Origin: an uncultured Acidobacteriota bacterium | GTDB taxonomy: Bacteria > Acidobacteriota > Vicinamibacteria > Fen-336 | Reading direction: 5' to 3' | NCBI GenBank assembly: GCA_963720545.1 | Contig: OY970399.1 | Location: forward strand, 1,664,001-1,728,000 | DNA: 64,000 nucleotides | In this document: piece by piece, positions 19,542 to 32,554 of the stretch | Layout of the letters: each line of letters begins with the position of its first letter | Numbering within the stretch: position 1 is the first letter of the stretch | Translations under genes and position numbers: made by a program | Notes under the pieces: generated by a model | Told to the model about the DNA's origin: nothing | The model's input: only the letters and a program-made list of their open reading frames with translations | Databases searched by the model: none

Positions 19542-20477
19542 CTACGCCGCCCGCAGCCCGTCGGCTGCCGCCGCCATCGCACGAATGCCTTCGTGGTAGC
19601 TGCGGAACCGCGGCTGCCAGCCCAGTTCGCGCTTCGCCGTGGCGTTGCTGACGCGCATCGACGTGCCGACGGCGACGCGCGCGGCGTAGGGAGCCGCAAT
19701 CCGGAGCAGCCAGCGCGGCAGCACTCGCGGCCGCGGCGCGCCGAATGCCTCGGCCATCGCGGTGAACACCTCACGCCAGGTGGCGGGCTGGTCGTCGACG
19801 ATGTTGTAGGCACGCGAGGCGCGGCCCCGCTCGAGCGCGGCGACGGTGGCCATGACCGCGTCCTCGTGGTGCACCCAGCCGAGCAGGCCGCCCGCAACAA
19901 CCGGCAGGCGCCGCCGCTTGAGCATCGGCTGCATCAGTTCGCTGTCGCCGCCGTAGAAGAGCCCGTAGCGCAGCGCAATGCCTTCGGGCATGCTCATCGC
20001 CTGCCGCTCCGCCGCGAGCATCGCCGCCATGTGGGCGTCGAACGCGTCACCCGCGGGCATGCCGAACGGCACCTCCTCGGTGAGCAGCGAGGTGCCGTGA
20101 TCGTAGTAGCCGTAGCCGAAGACGATCGACTGCGTCACGAACCGCTTCGCCCCGAGCGCGTGCGCCGCCGCCACCAGGTTCGCCGAGCCCTCGATGCGCA
20201 GCCGGTTGGTCATCGCCATGCCGCTGTGGTGATACGGCGGCTTCTTGAGGGCGGTCAGCTCGTCGACGATGGCATCGGCGGCGCGTCCGCGAACCGCGCG
20301 CAACAAGGAGTCGCGATCGAGCGCATCGGCGACGAGCGGCGTGGCGCCGATGGCCTCAAGCGATGCAGCGCCGGCGGGGTTGCGCGCGAGACCAAGAACC
20401 TCGTGCCCGCGCTGGATCAGCATGCGCGTCAGGGGTACCCCGATGGCGCCGGTGGCACCCGCCAGGAGCACTTTCAA
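19542..20477 (-). CDS. NAD-dependent epimerase/dehydratase (atypical SDR)
   Basis: TTG start with AGGAGG RBS; VLLAGATGAIG, LRYGLFYG, YNIVDD. Confidence 0.85.
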   Translation of the reverse strand: MKVLLAGATGAIGVPLTRMLIQRGHEVLGLARNPAGAASLEAIGATPLVADALDRDSLLRAVRGRAADAIVDELTALKKPPYHHSGMAMTNRLRIEGSANLVAAAHALGAKRFVTQSIVFGYGYYDHGTSLLTEEVPFGMPAGDAFDAHMAAMLAAERQAMSMPEGIALRYGLFYGGDSELMQPMLKRRRLPVVAGGLLGWVHHEDAVMATVAALERGRASRAYNIVDDQPATWREVFTAMAEAFGAPRPRVLPRWLLRIAAPYAARVAVGTSMRVSNATAKRELGWQPRFRSYHEGIRAMAAAADGLRAA

Positions 20478-20589
20478 ACAACCCTCCTGTTTCCAAAGAT
20501 AGGTCGATTTCACGGGGTTGATGAAAAAGATCGTTGCTACGCCCAGGGCGCGCCAGCGGCCGGCACCGCGCGCTAAGGTAGGAGTGGTC

Positions 20590-22209
20590 ATGCTCGACCA
20601 CCTTCAGGAAGGGCGTGAGACGTATGCGCGTCGTGCGTGGCGTGGCGCCTATGAGGCACTGCTCTGCGCCGACGACGCGACGCCCCTGGAAGCGGTCGAT
20701 CTCGAACGGCTGGCAACAGCGGCATACCTCGTTGGCCGCGACCTCGAGTTTCAACGGTTCATCGAGCGCCTCCACAACCTCCATGTCGAGAGCGGCGACC
20801 GGCACCGTGCCGCCCGGTGCACGTTCTGGCTGGCGCTCACCTTGCTGTTTCGCGGCGAAGCGGCTCAGGCGAATGCCTGGACCGCGCGCGGGCAACGGCT
20901 CATCGAGGGCAGCGACTGCGTCGAGCGCGGCTACCTGTTGCTGCCGGCCGCGGCGCAACAGCTTCAGGATGGCCACGCCGAAGCCGCAGAGGCAACGGCC
21001 GGCGACGCGATGGCCATCGGCGAGCGCGGTCGCGATGCCGACCTGACGGCGGCCGCCCGCCACCTGCAAGGGCGCGCCCTAATTCACCGGGGCCTGGTGC
21101 GGCCTGGCCTCACGTGCCTCGACGAGACGATGCTGGCCGTGGTCAGCGGCGAGTTGTCGGCGATCATGACCGGGCTGATGTACTGCAGCGTGATCGAGGC
21201 ATGCCGTGACGTGCACGACCTGCGGCGAGCGCGCGAATGGACGTTCGCGCTGTCCAGCTGGTGCGAGGAACAGTCGGAGATGGTGGCATTCACCGGCGCG
21301 TGCCTGGTGAACCGCGCGGCGATCCTGCAGTTTCACGGCGCGTGGCAAGACGCCCTGACAGAAGCATTTCGTGCATGCGAGCGCGCCGAGCACGCCAACC
21401 GCAGACCCCCGGGCGCTGCGCTCTATCAGCAAGGCGAAATTCACCGCCTGCGGGGCGAGTTCGCCGCGGCGGAGAAGGCCTACCGCGCTGCCAGTCGTCT
21501 TGGCTGCGAGCCGCAGCCCGGCCTGGCATTGCTGCGCCTCGCCCAGGGCCGCACCGATGCCGCGTCGGCGGCAACCAGGCGAATCCTGAGCGTGGCCGGC
21601 GAACATCTGCAGCGCGCGCGGCTGCTGCCAGCCCATTTCGAGATCATGCTGGCCGCAGGCGATCTCGAAGCGGCGCAAAGCGCTTGCGATGAAATCCAGG
21701 GGCTGTCGGAAACGTTCGACACCGATGTCCTCGTGGCGCTTGCAGCTCAGGCGCACGGCGCTCTCGCACTCGGACGCGGCGACGCACGAACCGCGCTCGG
21801 CCGGCTGCGCGAGGCGTTCCGGTTGTGGCAGCGGCTCGAGGCGCCATACGAAGCGGCGCGCGTCCGCGTGCTGGTCGGCGAGGCGTGCCGGGCACTGCTC
21901 GATGGCGAAGCCAGCGCGCTCGAGCTCGATGCCGCCCGCTCGGCGTTCGAGCGCCTGGGCGCCCGGGCCGACCTTGCGCGCCTCGACGCCCCGACCGCAC
22001 CGGGTTCTCCGCCCGCCGGCCCGCTCACCGTTCGCGAACGCGAGGTGCTTCGCCTGATCGCGGCGGGCCATACCAACAAGAGCATCGCCGGCGAGCTGTG
22101 TGTCAGCGAACGCACCGTCGACCGGCACGTGAGCAACATCCTCGCCAAGCTCGCTGTGCCGTCGCGGGCTGCGGCCACAGCGTACGCCTGCACGCACCAG
22201 ATCCTCTGA
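20590..22209 (+). CDS. TPR-like plus C-terminal LuxR HTH transcriptional regulator
   Basis: LTVREREVLRLIAAGHTNKSIA...SERTVDRHVSNILAKL; AGGAG RBS. Confidence 0.9.
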   Translation: MLDHLQEGRETYARRAWRGAYEALLCADDATPLEAVDLERLATAAYLVGRDLEFQRFIERLHNLHVESGDRHRAARCTFWLALTLLFRGEAAQANAWTARGQRLIEGSDCVERGYLLLPAAAQQLQDGHAEAAEATAGDAMAIGERGRDADLTAAARHLQGRALIHRGLVRPGLTCLDETMLAVVSGELSAIMTGLMYCSVIEACRDVHDLRRAREWTFALSSWCEEQSEMVAFTGACLVNRAAILQFHGAWQDALTEAFRACERAEHANRRPPGAALYQQGEIHRLRGEFAAAEKAYRAASRLGCEPQPGLALLRLAQGRTDAASAATRRILSVAGEHLQRARLLPAHFEIMLAAGDLEAAQSACDEIQGLSETFDTDVLVALAAQAHGALALGRGDARTALGRLREAFRLWQRLEAPYEAARVRVLVGEACRALLDGEASALELDAARSAFERLGARADLARLDAPTAPGSPPAGPLTVREREVLRLIAAGHTNKSIAGELCVSERTVDRHVSNILAKLAVPSRAAATAYACTHQIL

Positions 22210-22223
22210 CAAGACCGCGGCCT

Positions 22224-22272
22224 GGCGGAAATTACCCACGCCGCTGCGGCGGGCAATTTGGGTGGTTTCGCC
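22224..22272. promoter_or_regulatory. Imperfect inverted repeat, candidate operator of the LuxR regulator
   Basis: GGCGGAAATTACCCA (22224-22238) and TGGGTGGTTTCGCC (22259-22272). Confidence 0.5.
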
Positions 22273-22346
22273 GATGCGCGCCCGCGGCGCGCGTGCCACT
22301 TTCTAAGGGCGGGAATCTTCCCGCGCTTCGGACGCGAGGAACTGCC

Positions 22347-23258
22347 ATGAACACGACGTACGCGCATTCAAACCAAACCCCGGCGGCGCAGGACGTGCGG
22401 GACCGACTGCTCGCGCGCTTGCCGGCGATCGAACGACGGTTGTCGCTCAACGGCATCGCGACGGCTGTCCTGGACGGCGGTGCCGACGGCACGCCGGTGG
22501 TACTGCTGCACGGTCCGGGCGCGTGCGGCGCCCAATGGGCGCGCTCGATCCGCGCCCTGGTCCCGACCCACCGGGTCATCGCTCCCGACCTGCCGGGCCA
22601 CGGCGCGACGGCCATGTTCGACGGCGTGCCGGACCCTGCGCGAGTCTCCGGGTGGCTCGAGGACCTCATCGACTGCACGTGCGCAGTGCCGCCGGTCCTG
22701 GTCGGCCACACGCTGGGCGGCGCTGTCGCGGCACACTTCGCCAGCACTCACGGCGACAGCGTGGCCGCCCTCGTGCTCGTCGATGCGCTCGGCCTCGTGG
22801 AATTCAGTCCCACACAGGCATTCGGGTCGGCCCTGCATGCATTCCTGTCGGCACCCACGGCGCTCAGCCACGACCGCCTCTGGAGCCAGTGCCTGTTCGA
22901 TGCCGCCGCCGTCGCAAAGCGGTTCGGTGAGGAGTGGGCCCTCATCAAGGCGTACAGCCTCGCGTGCGCGCAACAGCCGGAGAGACTCGCAGCACTCGGC
23001 GCGTTGATGGCGCAGTTCGGCCTGCCGGCCATCTCGCCGGCGACATTGAAGGCCATCAAGCCGCCCACGACGCTCATCTGGGGCCGGCACGATCGCGCGA
23101 CCGCACTGGCGGCGGCTGAGGAATGCGCCAGGCGCTATCGATGGAACCTTCTGGTGATCGACGGGGCCGCGGACGATCCGACACTCGACCAGCCCGAGCT
23201 CTATCTCGCCGCACTGCGCCGGGTTCTCGAATCGGCGGCCATCCGCCGCGCGAGCTGA
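22347..23258 (+). CDS. Alpha/beta-hydrolase-fold protein with non-canonical triad
   Basis: VVLLHGPG, APDLPGHG, GHTLGG, IWGRHD; GAGGA RBS. Confidence 0.85.
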   Translation: MNTTYAHSNQTPAAQDVRDRLLARLPAIERRLSLNGIATAVLDGGADGTPVVLLHGPGACGAQWARSIRALVPTHRVIAPDLPGHGATAMFDGVPDPARVSGWLEDLIDCTCAVPPVLVGHTLGGAVAAHFASTHGDSVAALVLVDALGLVEFSPTQAFGSALHAFLSAPTALSHDRLWSQCLFDAAAVAKRFGEEWALIKAYSLACAQQPERLAALGALMAQFGLPAISPATLKAIKPPTTLIWGRHDRATALAAAEECARRYRWNLLVIDGAADDPTLDQPELYLAALRRVLESAAIRRAS

Positions 23259-23262
23259 CGCC

Positions 23263-24489
23263 ATGTACGACGCGATCGTCATCGGCGCGCGATGCGCCGG
23301 CTCGCCAACGGCAATGCTCCTTGCGCGCAAGGGGTATCGGGTGCTCCTGCTCGACAAGGCAGGTTTTCCAAGCGACACGCTCTCGACGCACATCGTCTGG
23401 CCGCACGGCGCCGAACTCCTGAATCGCTGGGGGTTGCTCGATCGGCTCGCGGCGACTGGCTGCCCGCCTATCGCACGCCGAATGATCTTCGACCTCGGCC
23501 CGTTTGCGTTGCGGGGTGCGGTCACGGACGCGAACGCCGGACGCGGCGGGTTCTGCCCCAGGCGGACCGTGCTGGACAAGCTGCTGGTCGACGCCGCGGC
23601 TGCGGCCGGTGCGGAGCTGCGAGAACGGGTGGCCGTGGAGGAGCTCACGTGGGACGGTAACCGCGTCTGCGGCATCAAGGCGCGCACCGCTGCCGGCGCG
23701 TCGCTGGCCGAGCGGGCACGAGTGGTGATCGGAGCCGACGGTGTGCACTCACTGGTGGCGAGAGCCGTGCACGCGCGCGAATACGACGTCAAGCCGCCGA
23801 TCGCGACGTACTACTACAGCTACTACAGCGGCTACCAGGCCGACGACATCGAGCAGTACGTGCGCCCCCAGCAAGGCGCAGGCTTCTTCCCGACGCACGA
23901 CGGCCTGACACTCGTCGCGGGGGTGTGGCCGAACCGGAAGTTCCCGTCGATCCGCGAGGACATCGAAGGGCACTTCCGCAAGCTGCACGAGTCCGCGCCG
24001 AGCGCGGCGGAACGGCTTCGGCGCGCCCAGCGTGTCGACAAATGGTTCGGCACGGCCGGCGTCGCCAACTACTTCCGCAAGCCGTACGGTTCCGGCTGGG
24101 CGCTGGTCGGCGACGCGGGCTACGACAAGGACCCGCTCACGGCCCAGGGAATCAGCGACGCGTTCGTCGACGCGGAGTCGCTGTCCGTGGCGCTCGACGA
24201 AGCGTGGTGCGAACGACGCTCGTTTGACGACTCGCTGCACGACCATCACTCGCGCCGCGATCGCCGTGTCAAGCCGATGTACGACTTCACGTGCCAGTTG
24301 GCGCTGCTGGAGCCGCCGCCGCCGCATTTGCAGGAGTTGTTCGCGGCCTTGAACGGCAATCAGCAAGCCACGAACGATTTCTACGCGGCGCTGACGGGCG
24401 CGGTCCCGCTGCCAACCTTCATGAACCCCGAGAATGTCGCGCGCATCATTGCGCAGTCGCAGCCTGAGGTGTCGGGCCGACTAGTGTAG
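23263..24489 (+). CDS. FAD-dependent oxidoreductase (geranylgeranyl reductase/monooxygenase-like)
   Basis: VIGARCAGS, VIGADG, WALVGDAG, DPLTAQGISDA. Confidence 0.88.
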   Translation: MYDAIVIGARCAGSPTAMLLARKGYRVLLLDKAGFPSDTLSTHIVWPHGAELLNRWGLLDRLAATGCPPIARRMIFDLGPFALRGAVTDANAGRGGFCPRRTVLDKLLVDAAAAAGAELRERVAVEELTWDGNRVCGIKARTAAGASLAERARVVIGADGVHSLVARAVHAREYDVKPPIATYYYSYYSGYQADDIEQYVRPQQGAGFFPTHDGLTLVAGVWPNRKFPSIREDIEGHFRKLHESAPSAAERLRRAQRVDKWFGTAGVANYFRKPYGSGWALVGDAGYDKDPLTAQGISDAFVDAESLSVALDEAWCERRSFDDSLHDHHSRRDRRVKPMYDFTCQLALLEPPPPHLQELFAALNGNQQATNDFYAALTGAVPLPTFMNPENVARIIAQSQPEVSGRLV

Positions 24490-24515
24490 GTTGGCGGCCA
24501 TCCAGGGGGTAAGAG

Positions 24516-26554
24516 ATGGCTGAGCTGCGGGTCTCAATGCGCGCGCTGTCGGTGCTGTGCATGTCGCTCGCGGCCTTTGCCCCCTCCGTCGCGGCACAGG
24601 AGCGGCTGCAGAGCAGTGACTTCCTGCGCCTGCGTTCGGTCGGGGCGGTCCGGTTCTCGCCGGATGGTTCGAAGATCGCCTACACGGTCACGAATAACGA
24701 CGGACCGGGCGGCCCGTACTCGCAGCTGTGGCTCGTCGAGACCGCTACCGGCAACTCGACGCGCGTTGGCGACGCGACGAGCCGCGGCAGCCAGCCCGTG
24801 TGGTCGCCGGACGGCCGCAGCATCGCCTACATGGGTTCGACGAGCGGCAGGTCGGGCCTGATCGTCGCGCGCGGCAACGGAACATCGCCGTCATGGATCG
24901 CCGACGTCGCCGATACCAACAGCAGTGCGCTGACGAACACCGGCCGGACCATTGCCTGGTCGCCCGACTCGAAGACGATCGCGTACGTGCACGCGACACC
25001 CGGACCGGAGACGAAGGACGCGAGCGGCGACCCGATGGTAATCACGCGCTTTCTCTACAAGCCCACGTTGACCGAGGGCAACACGCGCTTCAACGACAAT
25101 CGCCGCCTGCATATCTTCCTGCTCGACGTGGCCACCGGGCGTTCGCGCCAGCTGACGGATGGCGTAAGCGACGAGCACTCGATCGACTGGTCGCCGCAGG
25201 GTGACGAGATCGTGTTCGTCTCGAACCGCGAGCCGGACGCGGACCAGTTCTTCAACAACGACCTGTTCACGGTGCGCGTCGCAGACGGCACGACAAGGCG
25301 CCTCACCGCGACCGAGAACGCAGAGTACTGGCCCGTGTGGTCGCCCGATGGGCGAACGATCGCCTACCAAGGAACGAAGCGCGGCCTCACCGATCTCGAG
25401 ACGACGATGGAAGACACGCACGTCTGGCTGATCGATGCCGATGGCGGCAATCGCCGCGAGGTCGGGATCGGAATCGACAACCGTCAGGGGCCGCCAGCCT
25501 GGGCGGCCGACGGCAAGTCGTTGTACTTCACCGTACAGGAGCGCGGCACCGTGAAGCTGTGCCGTTTGCCAATCGCCGGCGGCGATGTGCAGCCCGTGGT
25601 GGCCGAACGCGGCACCGTTGGCCAGTTCGACGTGGCGGGCGACCGCGTCGCGTACTCGCTTGCGACCACGCGCGACCTGCCACAGCTTTACTTCGCAACC
25701 GCTGCCGGCACGGCGCCCAAACAAGCCACCGACCTCAATGCCGCGGTGCTGGCGGGCAAGACGTTGGGCGAGGTCGAGTCTTTCAGCTTCGTCAGCAACG
25801 ACAACAAGTTCAACGTCGAAGGCTTCCTGACAAGGCCCGTGGGCATGAGCGCCTCTTCGCGGCATCCGCTCATCGTGATGATCCACGGCGGACCCCACGG
25901 CCAGCAGGGGCCCGCGTTCAACTTTCAGAGCCAGGCCTATGCGGCGCGCGGTTGGGCAACGCTCATGGTGAACTACCGGGGTTCGACCGGATACGGACAG
26001 GCGTTCACCGACGCCATCTTTCGCGACCAGGACGGCGACGAGGCCCAGGACGTGCTGTACGGCGTGAACGCGGCTATCAGGCGCAACCCGTGGATCGATC
26101 GCGGCCGCCTCGGCATCGAGGGCGGCAGCTACGGCGGCCAGCTTACGGCGTGGCTCATCACCCAGACGCACATCTTCAAGGCGGCGATTCCCAACCGCGC
26201 CATCATCAACCTGGTCAGCTACAACTACATGACTTACTACAACCAGTACGAAGAAATGGAGTTCGGCATGCGTCCGCACCAGGCGGACCTGATGGACGAA
26301 CTATGGAGGCGCTCACCGCTGCGCTACGTCGCGCAGGTGAAGACCCCGACGATGTTGATTCACGGCGAGAACGACAACGACGTGCCGATCGCCGAGTCCG
26401 AGCAGTTCTACATCGGCCTCAAAGACGTGGGCGTCGAGACCGTGATGCTGCGCTATCCGCGCGAAGGCCACGGCCTGCGCGAGCCGAAACACGTGGTCGA
26501 TGCCATCGATCGCTCGGTCGCCTGGTACGAGCGCCACTTTCCGGCGCAGGCGCG

Positions 26555-26558
<4 letters not shown>
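24516..26558 (+). CDS. Secreted S9 family peptidase
   Basis: Signal peptide, WSPDG propeller repeats, HGGPH, GGSYGG, D and EGH triad residues. Confidence 0.92.
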
Positions 26559-28917
<2,359 letters not shown>

Positions 28918-28921
<4 letters not shown>

Positions 28922-30444
28922 GGCTGCGAGCGAGTGAAGGTGAGCGTCTGGATCTGCGGCGCCTTCGTGGGCGCGAGCAGGACGTGCCCCTTCACGCGAC
29001 CGCGCTCGCAGGTCCAGGTGAAGTCGCCCGCAAGCGCACCTGTCGGCACGATCGGTGCGGCGGTTTCACAGGCGCCCACCTCTGCCTTCAGCTCGGCGAG
29101 GTCGCGAGCCCGCTGGTCCGCGTCGCGGTCCATCAGGAAGTTCATCGCCAGCACATCCCCGGCGGACGCTACCGATCCCGCAGCGAACATCTTCACGGCC
29201 GCGCCGTAGGCACTGGTCAGCGCGGCTGACGGCGTCGAGGATCGCTGCTTCAATCGGGCCGCGCGCAACAGCGTGACTGCCGCATCCCGCACCCGCCCAC
29301 CCGGCCCTGCGTAGGTGCGATTGGCAAATGCGAAGATGCCGACGCCGTAATCCGGCAGCAGCAGCAAGTTCGATCCGTAGCCTGGGTAACCGCCGCTGTG
29401 ACTCAGCGTGAAGGCGAACTCACAGTCGGTCGCCGCGACAAAACCCATCCCGTAGGTCGACGCTTCACGACAGACCTCTGCTCCATTCGCCCCCGGGCGC
29501 TGCCGAATGGACGCGAAGTTCGCTCCTTGCGCCAGCTCACGCACGCTCGAACGTCGCACAGGCCCGCTGTCCGCGTCGTCGCGGGGGGGCCACGCGGAGA
29601 GGAGATAGGAAACCCACCTGGCGTAGTCGGCGGCGCTCGTCTGGACACCGCCGATCGAGCCGAAGGCACCGTGCGCCATGGTCGGCTCGAGTTTCCACTT
29701 GTTGTCTTCCCAGCGGTACCCGAGCGCACGACGATCCTGAGGAGAGGCCGACACGTCGTACCCGCTGGCCGTCATGCCAAGGGGTTTCATCAGCATTCCC
29801 TCGACGAAGTCCTTGTAGGGCTGACCGGAAACGTTGGCGACGACGCGGCCGAGTATCGCGTAGCCGAGATTCGAGTACTCCATCGCCGTTGCCGGCGGTC
29901 GCGTGAATGGCACGCCGTCGCTGAGAAGTCGGGTGAAGTCGTCCTCGGGCATCGGCGTCTGCCGATCGCCCCACGGATCGTCGGTGACCAGGCCTGCGGT
30001 GTGCGTCAGCAGCTCGCGCACTCGAATCTTCGGCGAGTCGGCGGTCGGGTACTTCCACCCTCGCATTTCCGGCACGTACGTTTCGACGGGTGCATCGAGC
30101 GACAGCTTGCCCTCGTCCCGCAGCTTCAGGATCGACAACGCCGTGAACGCCTTGGTCATCGACGCGATGCGAAACAGCGAATCGGCATTCACGGGCCGCT
30201 TCTTTTCCAGATCCTGCACGCCAGCGCCCTTCACATGCACCAGCCGGCCATCCTGTACGATGCCCCACACCATGCCGGGAATGTGCGCATCGAGCCGGTA
30301 GTTCTCCATCGCCTTGTCGATGTCGTCGAACACTGCGTCGTCCTGTGCGACGGCGGTCTGGACGAAGACTCCGCTGATGACCATTACCGCAATCGCGGTG
30401 GCCGGACCAAGGACGCGACTGGGGCGACCTGACAGCTTTGACAT
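28918..30444 (-). CDS. Secreted serine hydrolase (beta-lactamase fold)
   Basis: IASMTK, YSN, HSGG; signal peptide; GAGGAG RBS. Confidence 0.9.
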
Positions 30445-30538
30445 GACACTCCTCAAACCGTTCAAGACGATTGGTGCGAAAGCCGGCCAGGCGTGATCGC
30501 GACTGGATGGCTACACACGACGGAGCGTAGCGACGGAG

Positions 30539-30628
30539 TGGCGGAGAGGGTGGGATTCGAACCCACGATACCCTTACGGGTATAGCAGTTTTCGAGACTG
30601 CCCGCTTCAACCACTTGCGTACCTCTCC
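30539..30628 (-). tRNA. tRNA-Ser (CGA)
   Basis: GCAGT-CT-CGA-AA-ACTGC anticodon arm, long variable arm, GGTTCGAATCC, encoded CCA. Confidence 0.97.
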
Positions 30629-30684
30629 GTTGCTGCTGGCTCTTGCGGAAGGGCGATTCTACCAGCGTTCAGGGGCCGTTCCCG

Positions 30685-31155
30685 TTAGCGGCGGCGGGCG
30701 AAGAAGGCGGTGACGAGGGCTCGGCATTCCTCTTCGGCGATACCGGAGCGCACCGCGAAACGGTGGTTGCCGGGAAGGCGTTCGGCGTCCATCACGGACT
30801 CGATCGCGCCGAACTTCGGCTCGACGGCGCCGTACACGACCTCGGCGACGCGGGCCTGCATCAGGGCGCCGACGCACATCAGGCACGGTTCGAGCGTGAC
30901 GTAGAGGGTCGCTCCCACGAGACGATAGTTGCGGATGCGCCGCGCGGCACTGCGCAGTGCGACGATCTCCGCGTGCGCCGTCGGGTCGCGCGCGCTGATC
31001 GGCCGGTTGAAGCCGGCTGCGAGGACCGCGCCGTCCAGGGCGAGCACCGCGCCGATCGGCACCTCCCCCGCCCGCTCCGCGCGTCGTGCTTCGCGGAGCG
31101 CAAGCGCCATGCCGCGTTCGTCATCGAGCGGTGCGAGCGGCGATTTCAATGCCAC
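30685..31155 (-). CDS. tadA: tRNA adenosine(34) deaminase
   Basis: GEVPIGA, DPTAHAE, TLEPCLMC; start uncertain (GTG 31155 or ATG 31110). Confidence 0.93.
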   Translation of the reverse strand: MALKSPLAPLDDERGMALALREARRAERAGEVPIGAVLALDGAVLAAGFNRPISARDPTAHAEIVALRSAARRIRNYRLVGATLYVTLEPCLMCVGALMQARVAEVVYGAVEPKFGAIESVMDAERLPGNHRFAVRSGIAEEECRALVTAFFARRR

Positions 31156-31270
31156 GTTGAGTTTTTGATAATGCGATGTTGCAGATTTGATGACACGCGA
31201 CCTCAAGTCCTGCCGCAACGAGTGGGCCTAACTGTATGCCATGTCTACGAATCGCGTTTTGGTTGTGTGC

Positions 31271-31286
31271 TGGCATGCGCCCTGCA
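31271..31286 (+). promoter_or_regulatory. Putative sigma54 promoter
   Basis: TGGCATGCGCCCTGCA, GG-N10-GC. Confidence 0.6.
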
Positions 31287-31296
31287 GTATCAAGCG

Positions 31297-31487
31297 GCAG
31301 ACGGATAGGGATCGTAAGCCCAAGGCGCACAGGCGCGAGAGCTTCGGTACCCATCGATCGAGGTCGGCGTGGTTTGGAGGGAGCTGCGCCGGCGTCGTCG
31401 AAACGCCACGGTCAAGCGATCGTGGCGGGGTTGAGCCGAAGAAGCAACTGGTCGCCGTAAGCCCGATCCCTTTATTTTTTCCCCTGC
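31297..31487 (+). ncRNA. Candidate structured ncRNA of unknown family
   Basis: AGGGATCG/CGATCCCT closing stem, nested helices, two internal hairpins, T-run at the 3' end. Confidence 0.55.
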
Positions 31488-31500
31488 TATCCTTCGGCGC

Positions 31501-32403
31501 ATGCACTTTTCGCGCACTTGCGCCGTCCTTGCCGCAGCGTTCCTCTGCTGGTCCTCTCCGGCGCAAGCCGCCGAGCGCAGTCGCGAATTCTGGCGCGACA
31601 TCATTAGTAAGGACTACGCAGTGCCTGCCGGCGAGACCGCCGCGGGGCTGCTGAACGAACTGCTCGATTCGCTCGGCTCGCCCGACCCCGAGGTGCGCGA
31701 CAAGTTCTGCTACGAGATCCCGGCCACGTGGATCTATCGCGACGGCAAGTTGTCGCCCGCCGAACTGGAAGCCTTGCGCCGGCGGCTGCAGGGAAACCTC
31801 GCCGAGAAGATTGGCAGCGCCGGCGACGACAGCGTCTTGCTGCGTTCCTTCTCAGCGCTCGACCTGTCGGTGATCGCTGCGTACGAGAACAAGTCGCCTT
31901 ATCTCGCCCCGGCCGCATTCGCCGACCTGCTGGACGCGGCGCTCCAATACCTCGCGAACGAGAAGGACCTGCGCGGCATCGACCCCGACAAGGGTTGGAT
32001 GCACGCCACCGCCCATACGGCCGACCTGCTGAAGTTCCTCGCTCGCTCGCAGAAGCTCACCGCGGCCGGCCAGGCACGCATCGTCGAGGGCATCGCCGCC
32101 AAGCTCGACACGGCGCCTGTGCCCTTCACCCACGGCGAGCACGAGCGGCTGGCGCGCGCGCTCCTGGCCCTTGTGCTGCGTGCCGATTTCGATCCGCAGC
32201 CGCTCTCTGGGTGGATCACGCGGACGCAGGCGGCGAACAAGGCGCTGTGGGCGGCGCCCAAACTCGACCTCGTCCGCTATGACGAGGTCGAGAACACCCG
32301 CCTCACCTTGCGCAGCCTCTACGTGCTGGTGACGCTGCAACCCGCCGGCAAGGTGAAGCCAGGCGTTGCCGAACTGCTGCGCAATGTCGTGAGCGACGAG
32401 TAG
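31501..32403 (+). CDS. Secreted DUF2785-like protein
   Basis: Signal peptide; LGSPDPEVRD, RSFSAL, EKDLRG, GWMHATAHTAD. Confidence 0.75.
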   Translation: MHFSRTCAVLAAAFLCWSSPAQAAERSREFWRDIISKDYAVPAGETAAGLLNELLDSLGSPDPEVRDKFCYEIPATWIYRDGKLSPAELEALRRRLQGNLAEKIGSAGDDSVLLRSFSALDLSVIAAYENKSPYLAPAAFADLLDAALQYLANEKDLRGIDPDKGWMHATAHTADLLKFLARSQKLTAAGQARIVEGIAAKLDTAPVPFTHGEHERLARALLALVLRADFDPQPLSGWITRTQAANKALWAAPKLDLVRYDEVENTRLTLRSLYVLVTLQPAGKVKPGVAELLRNVVSDE

Positions 32404-32554
32404 CTAGCGAGCGCCAGTCCCGCGATCTTCGACCCTGGATTCGGCTCGATCACACGGTATTCGTCCGGAGCGCGGCGATCCGGGGTTGCGCTCCACCCCC
32501 GACTAGGCGCAAGCTCCACCTAAAGAACGCGAATAGCGCATGCCCAGGAAAGAC

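Noticed and set aside
17613..20576. 987-aa ORF
   Set aside because: Arg/Ala/Pro-rich off-frame shadow of the kinase and epimerase genes
31288..31470. SAM-I or c-di-GMP-I riboswitch
   Set aside because: Only short resemblances (ATCAAG, AGGGA..GCCC, GCGGGGTT); core motifs such as GCAACC/GTGC or GGCAAA/GACGCAAAG are missing
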